A DNA stretch of 63,965 bases, the filler included, from Theionarchaea archaeon (GTDB lineage Archaea; Methanobacteriota_B; Thermococci; Methanofastidiosales; SZ-28-30), in NCBI GenBank assembly GCA_018992565.1. It is 3 parts of 3 records of this genome, joined end to end, with 100 filler letters (N's around TTAATTAATTAA, not from the genome) between each part and the next. Parts side by side here need not be neighbours in the genome. Positions count along the whole stretch, not along the records: positions 43,055 to 63,965 come from JACVGW010000050.1; 2 more parts are not named here. One strand, written 5' to 3'. Position 1 is the first letter of the stretch. Each line of letters begins with the position of its first letter. Made by a program: the position numbers and the translations under genes. The notes under the pieces were generated by a model. The model was not told where the DNA came from. It saw nothing but the letters and a program-made list of their open reading frames with translations, and did not search any database. Shown here piece after piece: positions 62,052 through 63,965 of this stretch.

Positions 62052-63399
62052 TGGAGGTGGTACTACCACAGCATCCTACCCTCGTGTAAGGCACCAGGTT
62101 ATTATCAGGGAAACGAACCTGGGAGACTATTTGCTATCGGGGTCCAGTGTCCTGGAAATAGATGATGCCAGTAGGACTGTTGTTGCATTGTGTGATGGGT
62201 GTCACACTGTCCAGGATATTGCTGCAGTAGTTGCCTGCCAGCAATGTGAGCCTGTTGAGACGGTAGTTGATGAGCTGGTGCCATTTCTGGATATGCTGGT
62301 GGAGGAGGGAGTCATCCAGTATTATGATACACCCGAATACATTTCTCCACTCTATGCATATGATAGACCGTTATCGGTGATATGGGAAATCACCTATGCG
62401 TGTAATCAGGCATGCCAGTACTGTATTGCTCGAGCAGGAAAAGCTGCACCTGATGAACTCTCCAGGAAAGAAATGGACACCATCCTTCAGGAGCTTATCA
62501 GCCTGGATGTGGGATTGATCAATATTACAGGCGGAGAACCGTTATTAAAGAAGGAGACAGCTCTCCATATAGCAAAGAAGGCTTCTGAGAATGGAATTGA
62601 ACTGGAACTCTTAACCAATGCTATGCTGGTAACAGAGGAGGTGGCACATGAACTGCATGAAGCAGGGATCAGGTATGCCCAGGTGAGTATTGACTGTGTC
62701 CACCCTGAAGTCCACGATGCACAGCGTGGGGTTGCTGGAGCCTGGGAACGAGCTGTGAATGGTATCACCAGGTTAAGAGATGCAGGCATTGAAGTCATGG
62801 CAGCTGCTGTTATGAACAAGGAAACACTCCCATATTTTATGGAGACAGCAAAATTCCTGGAAAATTGCGCAGACAAGGTAAAAATGGGTCCTGTACAACC
62901 CATGGGGAGGGGAGAGAAGAGTGAGCTGCTTCTCACGCCTGAGATGTACTATGACTTGCAGGTTCTGAGGAGTACCACACCTGATAACCAGCTGGTGGAT
63001 TTCATCTTCTGTAAGGAAAGATGTTCTATTGGGACAACTCCTGTCATCTGTCCCAACGGAGATGTGTATCCCTGCATGTTGACCAAATATAAGGAGTTGA
63101 AATTAGGAAATCTCAAGAAAGAGTCTTTCAGGTCAATCTACAAGAACTCCGAGGTGTTGCATGAGCTGTTTCAGGTGACCGTTGACGACATTGAGAAGTG
63201 CAACTCCTGCTGGAACAGGTACTATTGCGGGGGAGGGTGCAGGGGATGTGCTTTTGCGTACCATGGGACAATCTACAAGTGGGACCCCTATCAATGTGAG
63301 GGGGAGAGAAAATTTGCTCGTGCACTCCTGAAGTGGGGACATCCAGAAACCAAGAGAGCGCTCAAAGAGTTGCTGCGACTTTCAAAGAACCTCCCATGA
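62023..63399 (+). CDS. PqqD/RRE-radical SAM-SPASM maturase 2 (start uncertain: TTG 62023 or SD-positioned ACC 62065)
   Basis: VALCDGCHTVQDI, CNQACQYC, TGGEPL; SPASM C..GDVYPC...CNSC..YYCGGGC..C. Confidence 0.94.
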   Translation: MKPARLQTNDGGGTTTASYPRVRHQVIIRETNLGDYLLSGSSVLEIDDASRTVVALCDGCHTVQDIAAVVACQQCEPVETVVDELVPFLDMLVEEGVIQYYDTPEYISPLYAYDRPLSVIWEITYACNQACQYCIARAGKAAPDELSRKEMDTILQELISLDVGLINITGGEPLLKKETALHIAKKASENGIELELLTNAMLVTEEVAHELHEAGIRYAQVSIDCVHPEVHDAQRGVAGAWERAVNGITRLRDAGIEVMAAAVMNKETLPYFMETAKFLENCADKVKMGPVQPMGRGEKSELLLTPEMYYDLQVLRSTTPDNQLVDFIFCKERCSIGTTPVICPNGDVYPCMLTKYKELKLGNLKKESFRSIYKNSEVLHELFQVTVDDIEKCNSCWNRYYCGGGCRGCAFAYHGTIYKWDPYQCEGERKFARALLKWGHPETKRALKELLRLSKNLP

Positions 63400-63605
63400 T
63401 ACCTGTGGGATAAGTACCGTACCGAGTATCGGGTGATTATCAATTTATTCAAGAATTCTGCATGATCTTAACAATTGCGGAAACAAATTTTCTGGCATTA
63501 CTTTCTTTCTTTGTATAACGTTCTTTTGAAATATTTTAATTATAGTTATTTTTTTAATAATAAATATGTATTCTTAGTGATTGATACTGAATGAAATAGA
63601 AATAC

Positions 63606-63620
63606 CCAAAAGTTTATAAA
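63606..63620 (+). promoter_or_regulatory. BRE/TATA of precursor A2
   Basis: CCAAAAGTTTATAAA about 44 nt upstream of ATG 63664. Confidence 0.7.
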
Positions 63621-63663
63621 TGGACATGGACATGGACATAAAACTACGCAAGGAGGTGAAATC

Positions 63664-63762
63664 ATGAAGTTTAATGTCAAGAAGGTTGAGTCTGTCTCCA
63701 CAACAGCTGTTGCTCCAGCAGCAAAGAATCCCTGGAAGGAAACCAAAGCACAGTGCCTGTAG
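63664..63762 (+). CDS. Putative RiPP precursor A2, 32 aa: MKFNVKKVESVSTTAVAPAAKNPWKETKAQCL
   Basis: AGGAGGTGA 4 nt before ATG; paralog of A1. Confidence 0.93.
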   Translation: MKFNVKKVESVSTTAVAPAAKNPWKETKAQCL

Positions 63763-63765
63763 GTA

Positions 63766-63792
63766 TCTTGTTTTTTTCTCATTTCATTTTTT
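63766..63792 (+). terminator. T-tract after precursor A2
   Basis: tcttgtttttttctcatttcatttttt, at the same position as the tract after A1. Confidence 0.55.
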
Positions 63793-63806
63793 CATGAGGT
63801 GATATC

Positions 63807-63965
63807 ATTTATCTGAGAGCTACCAAACCGTCAAGAGTGAAGGAGACCCCCCTGGGGAAGTACTTGTATGTTCCCCACGGGTTTCAATTGGAGTCATTTT
63901 ATCCAATACTGGAGATTGATGAGTCAGTAGAACAGCTCCTCGCCCTCTGCGATGGGACCCATACC
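63807..63965 (+). CDS. N-terminus (RRE region) of a third maturase, paralog of 60708-62051; runs off the window; probable ATT start
   Basis: IYLRATKPSRVKETPLGKYLYVPHGFQLESFYPILEIDESVEQLLALCDGTHT aligns with maturase 1; 63910-63965 matches 60814-60869 at 54/56 nt. Confidence 0.88.
   Translation, partial: MYLRATKPSRVKETPLGKYLYVPHGFQLESFYPILEIDESVEQLLALCDGTHT

Overview
Archaeal genomic DNA: TATA/BRE promoters, GGAGGTGA Shine-Dalgarno (SD) sites, archaeal purP, pyrI, secY and trpS, and a tRNA-Phe with no encoded CCA. The mix of DUF835 and KaiC-like proteins with many PAS histidine kinases suggests an uncultured euryarchaeote such as Theionarchaea, which is inference only. The window is a draft assembly. 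Two N-runs carrying an artificial TTAATTAATTAA linker (21430-21529, 42955-43054) join separate contigs, and three plain 100-N scaffold gaps also occur. Most of the window is housekeeping (purP, tRNA methylthiotransferase, pyrCBI, thyX, GS-family, polyprenyl synthase, secY, thiL, trpS) or two-component signalling. The main result is two radical-SAM RiPP-type loci whose precursor genes are too short for the supplied ORF track. Locus 1 (6535-10725, minus) has a 58-aa precursor, MFMKSVVSDKNLNLRDESGTLY-(CALEVQPTF)x4, followed by two SPASM radical SAM genes and an MFS transporter. Locus 2 (58460-63965) has a divergent B12-type RiPP radical SAM methylase and two tandem cassettes. Each cassette has a 32-34-aa precursor (leader MKFNVKKVE(T/S)VSTTA, core PWxE(S/T)KxQCL) followed by PqqD/RRE-type maturase genes, two of which appear to lack a canonical start codon at the SD-defined position. 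All family assignments are by eye from motifs; no searches were run.
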